A DNA stretch of 64,000 nt from Bacteroidota bacterium (GCA_018268195.1 JAFDWZ010000002.1:11791-75790); one strand, 5' to 3'. Shown: positions 9,913 to 20,811, counted from the stretch's first letter. Notes: a model not told the origin generated them from the letters alone. Numbers and translations are program-made.

Positions 9913-11211
9913 TCAGACAATTTTTTTTAGGAAACGAAACCGTTCCGTTAATAATGATTTATCGGAAAGACAGGCAAAGAAGAATAATAAAAAGGGAAGC
10001 GCCTGAATTTTATATCGCACAATTGCTCCCATTACCGGGGTTACCAAACCAATCATTTCAAATAGCGAGAGTGTGTAAATAAACGATAGTAAAAGTAGCG
10101 GTGTGATTTGTAGGTTTTTTAATCTGAAACTGAAAATAGTGAAAAGTGCCAAAAAGACTATCAACAGGTTTTCAATTCCTGCCAAAACGATCAATGGTTT
10201 TTTGCTTTCCCAGAAATAAGGCCTGAAAAAAACATGCGACAGTGCTTGTGGTGTATTTCGTATTGCACTCCATTCCGAATCTTTCAACTCATGAATAGGA
10301 ATCACACTCTGTGCCTGATAGCTATTAGCAAGGTCAATAAATTCAGCTTGTTTGCGTGATAATAATTCCATTAATCCATAACCGGGTAGAACAACATTCA
10401 TTTGCAGTAATACGAAATAGTAAACTACGGTAATAATTCCGAAGATAGCAATATAATATCGTTTGATTATTGAACTGAGGGCAAATGCAGCATAAAGCGG
10501 AACCAACAATATAAAATTGTGAAACTTTATCAGCATAAGAAATAACAGAAAGATTATGAATAAAAGCAATGAACGTATTTTTTTTTCACTCACAAATTGA
10601 TGCAGGCAATAAAGAGACATTCCTGTCGCAAAAAATATAAGTGAATCCTTCAGCAATCCGGAGCCCCAGAATAAAACCGAAGGCATAAAATAGGTGCATG
10701 CATAAAGCACCCGCTTATAATGAGGAAGATAAATGATAAATAATTTTAGTAATGCAGTAAGCCCTATAAATGAAAGAAAACAATAAATGACAGCATGTAC
10801 ATAGTAATATCCAAGCGAGAAGAAATGTAAGAATGCATTGAACCGAATCTGGAATCGGTAGTCATTAAATATTACAGCTTTATTATACCAGTTATGCATT
10901 TCGTCATAGTAGGGCAACAGGTAGGGAGCCTTGTCGTCAATGCCGGTGAGCATTCTGAAGAACCACGTGGGGTGTTCATGCAAGACGGAAAACATAATCT
11001 TGCTGTCATCAAAAAACTTAAACGTATCCGCTGTAAGGCGATTGGTATAAAAGTGAGAGAACACCAATGAAAGTAAAACTGCACAAACTAATTTTATGGC
11101 AAAAGCCAGCGACAATAGCTTGTGGCTGATTCCATCAATCCTGAAAAATGAAGTTTTCTGGATGATGTAATAAAACAATGTTGCGTATGCTAAGCTAAGA
11201 ACCGGTTCCAC
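9913..11211 (-). CDS. Polytopic inner-membrane protein, paralog B (function unknown)
   Basis: Same architecture and conserved blocks as 8621..9910. Its stop lies 2 nt from the paralog A start. Confidence 0.7.
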   Translation of the reverse strand: MEPVLSLAYATLFYYIIQKTSFFRIDGISHKLLSLAFAIKLVCAVLLSLVFSHFYTNRLTADTFKFFDDSKIMFSVLHEHPTWFFRMLTGIDDKAPYLLPYYDEMHNWYNKAVIFNDYRFQIRFNAFLHFFSLGYYYVHAVIYCFLSFIGLTALLKLFIIYLPHYKRVLYACTYFMPSVLFWGSGLLKDSLIFFATGMSLYCLHQFVSEKKIRSLLLFIIFLLFLMLIKFHNFILLVPLYAAFALSSIIKRYYIAIFGIITVVYYFVLLQMNVVLPGYGLMELLSRKQAEFIDLANSYQAQSVIPIHELKDSEWSAIRNTPQALSHVFFRPYFWESKKPLIVLAGIENLLIVFLALFTIFSFRLKNLQITPLLLLSFIYTLSLFEMIGLVTPVMGAIVRYKIQALPFLLFFFACLSDKSLLTERFRFLKKIV

Positions 11212-11266
11212 TCTGATAGGAAGTATAATATTTACACGATAACACCAGCAATTAACGGCAAAGAGT

Positions 11267-11274
11267 TACCTTTG
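11267..11274 (+). promoter_or_regulatory. -7 promoter box (TACCTTTG) upstream of purL
   Basis: Exact match to TAnnTTTG, followed by GCAC as at other boxes in this window, ~57 nt upstream of the ATG. Confidence 0.45.
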
Positions 11275-11330
11275 CACAAAGAAACAAAAAACCGCTTCAA
11301 GCATATTTTATTGACTGAAATAATTAATAA

Positions 11331-13562
11331 ATGGATAGTCTGAAAGAAACCAATGTAGAAACCGCTGAAAAATTAGGGTTGCTTCCTGAGGAGTACGATA
11401 AAATACAAAAGCTCCTGGGCAGAAAGCCTAACTTTAATGAAATAAGTATTTATTCAGTAATGTGGAGTGAGCATTGCTCCTATAAAAATTCCATTACCTG
11501 GCTTAAAACCCTGCCTCGCGAAGGGCCTCACATGCTGGCTAAAGCAGGAGAGGAAAATGCCGGACTTGTGGACATTGGTGATAATTTAGCTTGTGCATTT
11601 AAAATTGAGTCGCATAACCATCCTTCTGCAATTGAACCTTATCAAGGTGCAGCTACAGGAGTAGGCGGTATCAACAGAGATATTTTTACCATGGGCGCAA
11701 GACCAATTGCACAGTTAAATTCATTGCGTTTCGGAAATCTTAAAAGCGAGCGTACTAAAACTCTGATGAAAGGTGTGGTAAAAGGTATTGGTGATTATGG
11801 CAATGCCTTTGGTGTGCCTACCGTGGGTGGCGAAGTATATTTTGAAGATTGCTATAATACCAATATTCTGGTAAATGCAATGAGCGTGGGAATTGTAGCG
11901 CACGGAAAAACTGTAAAGGCAATTTCTTATGGCGAAGGTAATCCTGTATTTATTGTCGGTTCGGCAACGGGCAAGGATGGTATTCACGGTGCTACTTTTG
12001 CTTCAGGCGATTTACATGAGGCGTCTCATGAAGATTTACCTTCAGTGCAGGTAGGTGATCCTTTTCAGGAAAAACTTTTGCTCGAAGCTTCGCTTGAAGT
12101 AATTGAAACCGGTGCAGTGATAGGCATGCAGGACATGGGTGCGGCAGGTATCATCTGTTCCACTTCCGAAATGTCAGCTAAAGGGGAGCATGGCATGGTC
12201 ATTCATCTCGAGAAAGTTCCTACCCGTCAGGCCAATATGGAGCCATGGGAAATTCTCTTATCTGAATCGCAGGAGAGAATGCTGATAGTAGGTGTTAAAG
12301 GTCGTGAAGAGGAAATTTACAAGGTTTTTGAAAAGTGGGATTTAAACTGTACACGCATTGGCGAAGTAACCACGGGCGGTCAGTTGAAATTTTATATGAA
12401 CGGAACTTTGGTTGCTGATGTAAATGCAGATTCGTTGGTGCTGGGAGGTGGTGCTCCTGTTTATAAAAGAGAGTACACCGAGCCCGCTTACATCCAAAAA
12501 AACAAATCATTCGACATCAATAAAATTCCTGTTCCTGCAGATTTAAAAGAGGTGGCCTTGCAACTGGCATCACATCCGAATATCTGTAGCAGAAGATGGG
12601 TTTACACGCAGTATGACAGCATGGTAGGTACCGTTAACATGAGCACCAACAGACCCTCGGATGCCGCTATCGTCAATATTAAAAATTCTAAAAAGGCTAT
12701 TGCCGTCACAGTTGACTGTAATGCTCGTTATGTATATGCCGATCCTGAAACAGGTTGTGCCATTGCTGTAGCAGAAGCCGCACGTAATATTGTTTGTTCA
12801 GGAGGTATTCCTTCGGCAGTAACCAATTGCCTCAACTTCGGAAACCCTTACAATCCTGAAGTATATTGGCAGTTTGTGAACAGTATAAAAGGCATGGGCA
12901 AGGCTTGTGAAAAATTCAGAACACCGGTTACAGGAGGTAATGTAAGTTTCTATAATCAGTCGAAAATGGGTAAGGAAGAAGTTCCTGTTTATCCTACTCC
13001 TACAATCGGAATGATAGGTATAGTTGAAGACAAAAATAAAATTGCAACACTGGATTTTAAGAATAAAGGTGACCATATTTTTCTGATAGGAGCTTCAGCT
13101 GAATGTATTGCTTCATCACAATATCTGGTGCATGTGCATGGCATAACCAACAGCCCCGCGCCACATTTCAATCTGGACGAAGAGTATAACGTTCAGCAAG
13201 TAGTAAAAGATTTGATTGCACAAAAGTTGGTGCAGTCCGTGCATGATGTTTCTGACGGAGGTTTATTTATTTCTCTTCTTGAATCTGCCATGCCACATGA
13301 TTTAGGCTTCGATATTATTTCTGACGAAGAAATTCGTAAGGACGCATTTCTCTTTGGTGAATCTCAAAGCAGAGTAGCTGTATCTGTAAGTGAAGAACAA
13401 CTGGATGATTTCCTGAATGCTGTTACAGCAATGGATGTTGAGTTTACCAACATTGGGCAAGTTACTTCAGGAAGTATTCTGATTGACCAGGAGCCCTATG
13501 GAATGATTTCTGATTACAAAACTGTTTATAATACCACCATCGAGAAAGAAATGGTGCATTAA
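11331..13562 (+). CDS. purL: Phosphoribosylformylglycinamidine synthase subunit PurL
   Basis: 743 aa. Motif [36 protein letters not shown] and a duplicated PurM-like architecture. Confidence 0.95.
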   Translation: MDSLKETNVETAEKLGLLPEEYDKIQKLLGRKPNFNEISIYSVMWSEHCSYKNSITWLKTLPREGPHMLAKAGEENAGLVDIGDNLACAFKIESHNHPSAIEPYQGAATGVGGINRDIFTMGARPIAQLNSLRFGNLKSERTKTLMKGVVKGIGDYGNAFGVPTVGGEVYFEDCYNTNILVNAMSVGIVAHGKTVKAISYGEGNPVFIVGSATGKDGIHGATFASGDLHEASHEDLPSVQVGDPFQEKLLLEASLEVIETGAVIGMQDMGAAGIICSTSEMSAKGEHGMVIHLEKVPTRQANMEPWEILLSESQERMLIVGVKGREEEIYKVFEKWDLNCTRIGEVTTGGQLKFYMNGTLVADVNADSLVLGGGAPVYKREYTEPAYIQKNKSFDINKIPVPADLKEVALQLASHPNICSRRWVYTQYDSMVGTVNMSTNRPSDAAIVNIKNSKKAIAVTVDCNARYVYADPETGCAIAVAEAARNIVCSGGIPSAVTNCLNFGNPYNPEVYWQFVNSIKGMGKACEKFRTPVTGGNVSFYNQSKMGKEEVPVYPTPTIGMIGIVEDKNKIATLDFKNKGDHIFLIGASAECIASSQYLVHVHGITNSPAPHFNLDEEYNVQQVVKDLIAQKLVQSVHDVSDGGLFISLLESAMPHDLGFDIISDEEIRKDAFLFGESQSRVAVSVSEEQLDDFLNAVTAMDVEFTNIGQVTSGSILIDQEPYGMISDYKTVYNTTIEKEMVH

Positions 13563-13577
13563 GAAATATTGGACAAC

Positions 13578-14204
13578 ATGTACATTCCTGATGAGTTTAA
13601 GAATACCGATTTTGAAAAGCATGTAGAGTTTGTACATAAACACACTTTTGCAGTGTTGGTTACCGTAGCCAAACAAGGGCCTATAGCTACACACATTCCT
13701 GTTCTTAGTCATATCAAGGACAAAAAGCTGGTTTTATTCGGGCATATAGCAAAGCCAAATCTGCAGGTTGAGACTTTTTATAATGATACTGATGCTTTGG
13801 TGATTTTTCAGGGTAGCAATGCCTATGTTTCATCAAGTTGGTACAGCCACGAAAATGTTTCTACCTGGAATTACCAGGCAGTACATTGCTATGGAAAAAT
13901 TAAAATACAGTCGGAACTTGAACTTATGGAAAGCCTTCATCTGATGACTGACTTTTACGAATCGCATGTTCAGCATCCTAAAACATTCAATAAAATTCCT
14001 GCCGGAGTGATACGTGAGAATTTTGGCGGAATTGTTGGATTTGAGATTGAAGTCAATAGAATTGATGCAATTGATAAACTCTCGCAGAACAGAAATGACA
14101 AAGATTATTTTGAAGTAGTAAAACAACTGAGCCTGAATGAAGAGGAAGGCGCCCGCCAGATAGCTGCAGAAATGCAGAAACGCAGAAATATCAGTGAAAA
14201 ATAA
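13578..14204 (+). CDS. PaiB-family FMN-binding putative transcriptional regulator
   Basis: The N-terminus MYIPDEFKNTDFEKHVEFVHKHTFAVLVT is typical of PaiB. I prefer the ATG at 13578 to the TTG at 13569 used by the ORF track. Confidence 0.75.
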   Translation: MYIPDEFKNTDFEKHVEFVHKHTFAVLVTVAKQGPIATHIPVLSHIKDKKLVLFGHIAKPNLQVETFYNDTDALVIFQGSNAYVSSSWYSHENVSTWNYQAVHCYGKIKIQSELELMESLHLMTDFYESHVQHPKTFNKIPAGVIRENFGGIVGFEIEVNRIDAIDKLSQNRNDKDYFEVVKQLSLNEEEGARQIAAEMQKRRNISEK

Positions 14205-14272
14205 ATCTTAACTTACCATTTTACGCAGTAAAATGGCAAGGTTTAACTAACTTCGCACCAAAATAAAAAACA

Positions 14273-15148
14273 GTGCATCAATCAGGTTTTGTAGCTATCG
14301 TAGGAAAGCCCAATGCAGGAAAATCAACCCTGCTGAATACCCTTTTAGGTCAGGATTTGAGCATTGTTACGCCTAAAGCGCAGACTACGCGTCACAGAAT
14401 AAGAGGCGTACTTACTGCAGAGAATTATCAGTTAATATTTTCAGATACTCCCGGCATCATTACTCCCGGCTACAAGTTGCATGAAAGGATGATGACCTTT
14501 GTGCAGAGTGCTTTTGCCGATGCTGATGTAATTTTGCTGGTGCTTGATGCTGCCGATACGCATTTTGATGCGGAAAGATTTTTGAAGCTGAATACAACCG
14601 GCAAAAAACTGGTGGTGGCACTCAATAAAATTGATTTAAGCACACAGGAAGATATTGAACGCATATCCGAGTCGCTGAATAATACGCTTAAGCCTGATGC
14701 TATAGTGCCTATATCAGCAAAAGAAAAATTCGGTGGAGAGGTTCTAATAAAAACACTGTTAAAATTTGTTCCGGAGGCGCCTGCATATTTTGATAAGGAT
14801 ATGCTCACCGACCGTAACGAAAGGTTCTTTGTTTCTGAAATCATCCGCGAAAAAATATTTCTTCAATATGAGAAGGAAGTCCCTTACAGCATTGAAGTTG
14901 CCATAGAAGAATTTAAGGAGCAGCCTCATATCGTTCGCATTCGGAGTTACATTTTTGTGGAGCGTGAATCACAAAAAGCCATTCTGCTTGGAAAGAACGG
15001 AGTAGCTATAAAAAAATTAGGCACCGCAGCACGAAAAAAAATCGAATTGATGGTAGGTAAGAAAGTGTTTCTTGAACTTACCGTTAAAATACGTGACGAC
15101 TGGCGGAATAATGAACAACAACTGACCAACTTCGGTTATACAGAATAA
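14273..15148 (+). CDS. era: GTPase Era
   Basis: G1 GKPNAGKST, G3 DTPG, G4 NKID and a C-terminal KH domain (AILLGKNGVAIKKLG). GTG start. Confidence 0.95.
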   Translation: MHQSGFVAIVGKPNAGKSTLLNTLLGQDLSIVTPKAQTTRHRIRGVLTAENYQLIFSDTPGIITPGYKLHERMMTFVQSAFADADVILLVLDAADTHFDAERFLKLNTTGKKLVVALNKIDLSTQEDIERISESLNNTLKPDAIVPISAKEKFGGEVLIKTLLKFVPEAPAYFDKDMLTDRNERFFVSEIIREKIFLQYEKEVPYSIEVAIEEFKEQPHIVRIRSYIFVERESQKAILLGKNGVAIKKLGTAARKKIELMVGKKVFLELTVKIRDDWRNNEQQLTNFGYTE

Positions 15149-15160
15149 CAACAAACCTGA

Positions 15161-16480
15161 ATGAGTAATATTATCGCAATTGTAGGAAGACCCAATGTAG
15201 GCAAATCAACACTCTTTAACCGTCTTACGGAAACTATGGATGCCATTGTGCATGATGAAGCCGGTGTTACCCGCGATCGTCATTATGGAGTGGGAGAGTG
15301 GACAGGACGAAATTTTTCGGTTATTGATACCGGAGGTTATGTTTACGGCTCGGACGATGTTTTCGAAAAGGAAATACGCAAACAAGTTGAGCTTGCTGTT
15401 GAAGAAGCGGATTTTATCATTTTTATGACAGATGGCAGAGAGGGCGTAAGCGATTATGATAAAGATATTGCCGGCCTTCTGCGCAACTCAGGAAAAAAAG
15501 TTTTTCTGGTGGTGAACAAAGTGGATACACCTAAGCAAATTAATGATGCCGTTGAGTTTTATTCACTCGGATTAGGTGATTTTCATTGCGTATCGGCAGC
15601 CAACGGTAGTGGCACTGGCGAACTTTTAGATGCTATTGTAAAAGAATTTAAACCCGATAAGGAAGAAGAAGAACTGCTGCCACGCATCACCATCATCGGC
15701 CAACCCAACGTAGGAAAATCTTCGCTCATAAACATGCTTACCGGCACCGACCGCAGCATCGTTACTCCAGTAGCGGGAACAACACGCGATAGCATCAACA
15801 TCCGTTATTCTAATTTTGGTTTCGATTTTATTCTGGTAGATACTGCCGGTTTACGTAAAAAAGCCAAGGTAAGAGAAGACTTGGAGTTCTACTCAGTGAT
15901 GCGCAGTATCAGAGCCATTGAAAAAAGTGATGTTTGCATTCTGATGATTGATGCTGAAAAAGGTTTCACCGCACAGGATGCCAACATTTTTCACCTTACA
16001 CAAACCAATCACAAAGGAGTTGTGTTGGTGGTAAACAAATGGGATTTGATTGATAAGGAAAACCACTCTACCAAGCAGTTTACTGAAGAAATACAATCAG
16101 CCATAGCACCATTTACCGATGTGCCAATAGTTTTTACTTCTGTGTTGAATAAGCAAAGAATTTTTAAATCGCTCGAAACAGCTATTGAAGTTTACAAAAA
16201 CAGAACTCAACATATCCCTACATCACAGTTAAACAAGAAAATTCTGCCTTACATCGAAAACTATCCTCCACCGTCAGTAAAAGGAAAGTTTATCAACATC
16301 AAATACATCACTCAGGTGCCGGGGCCATATCCACGTTTTGTATTTTTCAGCAGCAACCCGCAGTATATTCAAACAGCATACAGGCGGTTTCTTGAAAATA
16401 AATTACGTGAACATTTTAACTTTTCCGGAGTGCCCATTGCCATTTCTTTCCGCAGTAAGGATAGTGGCAAGGAAGTGTAA
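15161..16480 (+). CDS. der: Ribosome-biogenesis GTPase Der (EngA)
   Basis: Two tandem GTPase domains ([17 protein letters not shown] and [17 protein letters not shown]) plus a KH-like C-terminus. Confidence 0.95.
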   Translation: MSNIIAIVGRPNVGKSTLFNRLTETMDAIVHDEAGVTRDRHYGVGEWTGRNFSVIDTGGYVYGSDDVFEKEIRKQVELAVEEADFIIFMTDGREGVSDYDKDIAGLLRNSGKKVFLVVNKVDTPKQINDAVEFYSLGLGDFHCVSAANGSGTGELLDAIVKEFKPDKEEEELLPRITIIGQPNVGKSSLINMLTGTDRSIVTPVAGTTRDSINIRYSNFGFDFILVDTAGLRKKAKVREDLEFYSVMRSIRAIEKSDVCILMIDAEKGFTAQDANIFHLTQTNHKGVVLVVNKWDLIDKENHSTKQFTEEIQSAIAPFTDVPIVFTSVLNKQRIFKSLETAIEVYKNRTQHIPTSQLNKKILPYIENYPPPSVKGKFINIKYITQVPGPYPRFVFFSSNPQYIQTAYRRFLENKLREHFNFSGVPIAISFRSKDSGKEV

Positions 16481-16483
16481 AAC

Positions 16484-17248
16484 ATGAACCATATTACCGG
16501 TTTAAAACCTTTTCTTGAACAGAAAGTAAGAGAATTCAATACATCAGCATTTATTGAAAATGATCCGGTGTCTATTCCTCATTTATTTGTTAAACCTGAA
16601 GATATTGAAATAAGCGGTTTTCTCACAGCAACTATTTCATGGGGACAGCGACCCGTAATACTTAAAAATGCAGCTACACTTTTCAAGTGGATGGATTATA
16701 GTCCGCACGATTTTATTCTTCACGCCCGAAAATCAGAGTTGGAGGTTTTCAGGAAATTTGTTCACCGCACTTTTAATGGTGATGATGCAATTTATTTTCT
16801 GAAAGCACTTCGCACCATTTATGAGAGGCATGGCTCTATGGGAAAACTATTTGAAAAGCTGACGGAACAATACTCCTTGCCCCAAGCGGTGCATCATTTC
16901 AGGAATGAAATGTTTAAAAGCAAAGTAGAGCCCCGCACCATGAAACATATTGGTGACCCGTTGAAAAATTCGGCATGCAAACGACTGATGATGTTTCTGC
17001 GATGGATGATTCGGGAAGATGATAATGGTGTTGATTTCGGTATCTGGAATATTTCCCCCTCATTACTTTATTGCCCTCTCGATGTGCATTCAGGCAGGGT
17101 AGCACGACATCTGGGTTTGTTGCAACGCAGGCAGGACGACTGGAAGGCTGTTGAGGAGTTGACCGCCAATCTCAGATTACTGGACGCTTCTGACCCAGTG
17201 AAATATGATTTTGCATTGTTTGGAATTGGGGTCAACAGCCGCGGATAA
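16484..17248 (+). CDS. TIGR02757/DUF2400-family protein
   Basis: 254 aa with blocks ATISWGQRP and CPLDVHSGRVARHLGLL that I recognise from this family. Starts 3 nt after der. Confidence 0.65.
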   Translation: MNHITGLKPFLEQKVREFNTSAFIENDPVSIPHLFVKPEDIEISGFLTATISWGQRPVILKNAATLFKWMDYSPHDFILHARKSELEVFRKFVHRTFNGDDAIYFLKALRTIYERHGSMGKLFEKLTEQYSLPQAVHHFRNEMFKSKVEPRTMKHIGDPLKNSACKRLMMFLRWMIREDDNGVDFGIWNISPSLLYCPLDVHSGRVARHLGLLQRRQDDWKAVEELTANLRLLDASDPVKYDFALFGIGVNSRG

Positions 17249-17316
17249 CATCATTTATTGTTAAAAAAGCCGTTAATACTTCTGCCACCTTAATCGCCAC
17301 AACTTTATATTTAAAT

Positions 17317-17324
17317 TACCTTTG
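17317..17324 (+). promoter_or_regulatory. -7 promoter box (TACCTTTG) upstream of the double-ddl gene
   Basis: Exact match to TAnnTTTG, 26 nt upstream of the ATG at 17350. Confidence 0.45.
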
Positions 17325-17349
17325 TTAAAAATAAACCAAAGTTTTATTC

Positions 17350-20043
17350 ATGAATAAAATTAAGATAGGAATTGTATTTGGTGGTTCATCACGCGAGCGC
17401 GAAGTGTCGTTTGCCGGTGGTCGTACCGTATATGATAATCTCGATAAATCACTTTTCGAACCGGTACCGCTTTTTGTGGATAGTTTCGGAAATTTTATCA
17501 TCCTCGACTGGCAATATATCTACAAGGGAAGTATTCGTGATTTTTATCCTGCCGCTGAGTTTTTACCTGAGTCGCCACGAGGTTTTCAGGTTTATGCTGA
17601 AAATTTGGGAAGCCTTACCACACAGGAGCAAATACGACTTACCATTAAACTCGGTACACGTATTGATTTTTCACAGCTGCATGACTTAATTGACTTTGCA
17701 TTCCTGTGTCTGCATGGTGCCGATGGCGAAGATGGCCGCATACAAGGGATTCTTGAGTATTACCGCATTCCATACTCCGGCTCGGGGATTATCTCATCAG
17801 CTATAGGGATGAACAAAGTTGTGCAGAAAGAATTTATGCGTAAAGCAGGTTTCAACACGCCTTCCTATGTTACCATTCAGCGAAGCGAATGGTTGAAGAC
17901 TGCCGATAAAAATATTCTCCTGAAAAAACTCGATGAAACCGGATTTCCTTGCGTCATTAAAGCTGCCAATCAGGGCTCAAGCATTGGTATTTCCGTGTTG
18001 CAGTCTGCTGATGTTGACGCATTCACCAAAGCAGTAAACCGTTCGTTGTTCATAGCAGAGATAAGTCGCACTGAATGGAATGCACTGACTTTCGATGCAA
18101 AGGTGGAGTGGGTAAAAACCACTGCCGATATTCGCGAAGGAATTGGATTGCCGGCACGAATCGGAGACCGCATCATTTATCATCCTGAAGAATTACTGGG
18201 TGTACTCATGCAGCTCTTTGGTGAGATGGAAGAGCTGGTTACGATTACTGCTGTTGAAGGCGAAACGGAAGTGTTGATAGAATCATTTATTGAAGGCAAA
18301 GAGTTTTCATGCATCGTTATTGAAGATTTAAACGGAAAACCTGTAGCATTGCCGCCAACAGAAATACGTAAAGGGAAAGAAGTGTTTGATTATCGCTCCA
18401 AATACCTCCCCGGATTATCGCGCAAGGTTACACCTATTCAGATTCCTGATGTGCAGATTGAAACTATCAGACGTGAGTGTGAACGTTTGTATCACGCACT
18501 GAAGTTTAATGTTTATGCACGTATTGATGGATTTATTACTTCCAACGGTACTATTTTCCTCAATGATCCCAACACTACTTCGGGCATGATGCCAAGCAGT
18601 TTCTTCTTTCATCAGGCTGCCGAAATTGGAATGAACCCTTCGCAGTTTATTTCTTACATCATTTATACTTCGCTGATTGCAAGAAGCACTGACCTCAAAT
18701 CTTTCAGAACAATACCCGAACTGAGAAACAGACTTGAAATGTTGCTCAAAGAAAAAAATAAAACTTCAGGCCAGCGCACACGAGTAGGTGTTATCATGGG
18801 AGGTTATTCCAGCGAAAGACATATCAGTGTAGAAAGCGGACGTAATGTCTATGAAAAACTTTCTTCGAGTGAAAAGTATGAACCCGTTCCGTATTTCCTG
18901 GTAGGCACAGAGCAAGCTTATTCGCTTTATCGCATACCTATCAATCTTATGTTGAAAGATAATGCTGATGACATCCGTGAAAAAATTCTTAATTTTCATC
19001 AGCATACCATCACGCTTAACATTATTGAGCAATGCGGAGAGCTGATAAAAAAATTTGCTGATGCAGACAACCTTAATCCTCCTGAAAAAATTTCTTTTTC
19101 GCAGCTTGCCTCACAGGTGCAGATAGTGTTCATTGCATTACATGGCCGCCCTGGCGAAGATGGCGAATTGCAGAAACAGCTTATCAGCGTAGGATTGCCT
19201 TTTAACGGTTCCAGAGTTGAATCATCGCAGATTACGATTGATAAATATCAGACCAATGAAATTCTCTCTCAAAATGGATTTAAAACGGCCCGACATTATA
19301 AAGTGAGCGAAGATGAATGGCGTAGCAATCCGGCATCACTCGAAGAAAAAATACAGCGTGAGTTCGGCTTTCCTATTGTTGCCAAACCGGTGGACGATGG
19401 TTGCAGCAGTGCAGTGAAAATTATACGTAACGAAAACCAGCTGCATGCTTTTGCCGAATTGATATTCCGCAACGAAGAAGAACTGAATGACAGCGCTGCA
19501 GGTCAACTGAAAATAAAACATAAAGAAGAGTTTCCACGAAAAAAATATTTTCTCATAGAATCACTTATTACCGGTGAAGGATGCAAGCATTTTCTGGAAG
19601 TAACCGGTGGCATGCTTACACATTATGATGAAGCAGGCATGGTGCAATATGAAATGTTTGAACCTAGTGAAACGCTGCATGAAGGTGATGTTTTATCGCT
19701 CGAAGAAAAGTTTCTTGCCGGAGAAGGACAAAACATTACTCCGGCACGTTACAGCAAAAACACAATGGAAAACAGACTTGTCTCCGACATTGTGAAAAAG
19801 GAATTGCAGCGTGCTGCGCGGCTGCTGAATATTGAAGGTTATGCCCGTATTGATGCATTTGTCCGCATAAAAAATGATAATAAAGTAGAAGTGATATTTA
19901 TTGAAGTAAACTCACTCCCCGGAATGACACCTGCAACCTGTATTTTCCATCAGGCTGCAATCAACCAATACAAGCCGTATGAGTTTATCGAAAAAATTCT
20001 GGAGTTTGGCGTAGCCCGTAATAATCTTTTGATGAGTAACTGA
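17350..20043 (+). CDS. ddl: Tandem-fused double D-alanine--D-alanine ligase (two ATP-grasp Ddl modules in one 897-aa polypeptide)
   Basis: Module 1 (aa ~1-470) contains GGSSREREVS, LHGADGEDGRIQG, IKAANQGSSIG, DYRSKYLPG and ARIDGF...LNDPNTTSGM. Module 2 (aa ~477-897) contains GGYSSERHIS, LHGRPGEDGELQ, AKPVDDGCSSAV, LEEKFLAGEG and ARIDAF...IEVNSLPGMT. Confidence 0.85.
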   Translation: MNKIKIGIVFGGSSREREVSFAGGRTVYDNLDKSLFEPVPLFVDSFGNFIILDWQYIYKGSIRDFYPAAEFLPESPRGFQVYAENLGSLTTQEQIRLTIKLGTRIDFSQLHDLIDFAFLCLHGADGEDGRIQGILEYYRIPYSGSGIISSAIGMNKVVQKEFMRKAGFNTPSYVTIQRSEWLKTADKNILLKKLDETGFPCVIKAANQGSSIGISVLQSADVDAFTKAVNRSLFIAEISRTEWNALTFDAKVEWVKTTADIREGIGLPARIGDRIIYHPEELLGVLMQLFGEMEELVTITAVEGETEVLIESFIEGKEFSCIVIEDLNGKPVALPPTEIRKGKEVFDYRSKYLPGLSRKVTPIQIPDVQIETIRRECERLYHALKFNVYARIDGFITSNGTIFLNDPNTTSGMMPSSFFFHQAAEIGMNPSQFISYIIYTSLIARSTDLKSFRTIPELRNRLEMLLKEKNKTSGQRTRVGVIMGGYSSERHISVESGRNVYEKLSSSEKYEPVPYFLVGTEQAYSLYRIPINLMLKDNADDIREKILNFHQHTITLNIIEQCGELIKKFADADNLNPPEKISFSQLASQVQIVFIALHGRPGEDGELQKQLISVGLPFNGSRVESSQITIDKYQTNEILSQNGFKTARHYKVSEDEWRSNPASLEEKIQREFGFPIVAKPVDDGCSSAVKIIRNENQLHAFAELIFRNEEELNDSAAGQLKIKHKEEFPRKKYFLIESLITGEGCKHFLEVTGGMLTHYDEAGMVQYEMFEPSETLHEGDVLSLEEKFLAGEGQNITPARYSKNTMENRLVSDIVKKELQRAARLLNIEGYARIDAFVRIKNDNKVEVIFIEVNSLPGMTPATCIFHQAAINQYKPYEFIEKILEFGVARNNLLMSN

Positions 20044-20046
20044 TGT

Positions 20047-20811
20047 ATGAGTAGTCTGATTAATTTTCTTAAGTCCAGATTTTTCTGGATCAATTTTGTT
20101 GTCATCATCACGCTGATTGTTGCATCGGTGGGATTTGTTTATAAATGGCTCGACAGCTATACCGACCACGGCAACTCTGTTTCTGTTCCCGACCTGCACG
20201 GAATGAATGTTAATAGGGTATCATCCTTTCTTCGTTCCAAAAATCTTACTTTCAAAATTGCAGATTCTTCTGCTTACAATCTTGATATGAAACCGGGTAC
20301 GGTGGTAGAACAGGACCCTGCACCTGACGAAAAAGTTAAAGAAGGTCGCACCATTTATCTTACTATCACTCGCAGCGAAGCTCCAATGGTGAAAGTTCCT
20401 GCGCTGAAAGATGTTTCCCTCAGGCAGGCAGAGGCCATACTTACTGCTTCCGGTTTGCGCATGGGTGAACAAATCTTTAAACCTGACTTAGCAAAAAATG
20501 CAGTGCTATCAATGATGATGAATGGCAAAGAACTTAAAGCAGGGAATGAAGTACCTAAAGGCTCAGCCATTGACCTGATTGTGGGTGATGGGCTTGGGAA
20601 TACCTTGGTCACTGTGCCTAATCTCATCGGTCTTACTTATGACGAAGCACTCTTTGTGCTGAAAGGGTCTTCACTCAATGTTGGCTCCGTATTTTTTGAT
20701 GGGGTTATGCGTGATACGCTGAATGCTGTAATTTATGATCAACGCCCTGAACCTGATGAGTCTGCTACTATCAATCAAGGTGAAGCAGTTGACCTTTTTC
20801 TTAAAAGATAA
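20047..20811 (+). CDS. Membrane-anchored PASTA-domain protein (three PASTA repeats)
   Basis: N-terminal TM helix (FFWINFVVIITLIVASVGFVY) followed by repeats beginning VSVPDLHGMNV, VKVPALKDVSLRQA and VTVPNLIGLTYDEA. Starts 3 nt after the ddl stop. Confidence 0.85.
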   Translation: MSSLINFLKSRFFWINFVVIITLIVASVGFVYKWLDSYTDHGNSVSVPDLHGMNVNRVSSFLRSKNLTFKIADSSAYNLDMKPGTVVEQDPAPDEKVKEGRTIYLTITRSEAPMVKVPALKDVSLRQAEAILTASGLRMGEQIFKPDLAKNAVLSMMMNGKELKAGNEVPKGSAIDLIVGDGLGNTLVTVPNLIGLTYDEALFVLKGSSLNVGSVFFDGVMRDTLNAVIYDQRPEPDESATINQGEAVDLFLKR

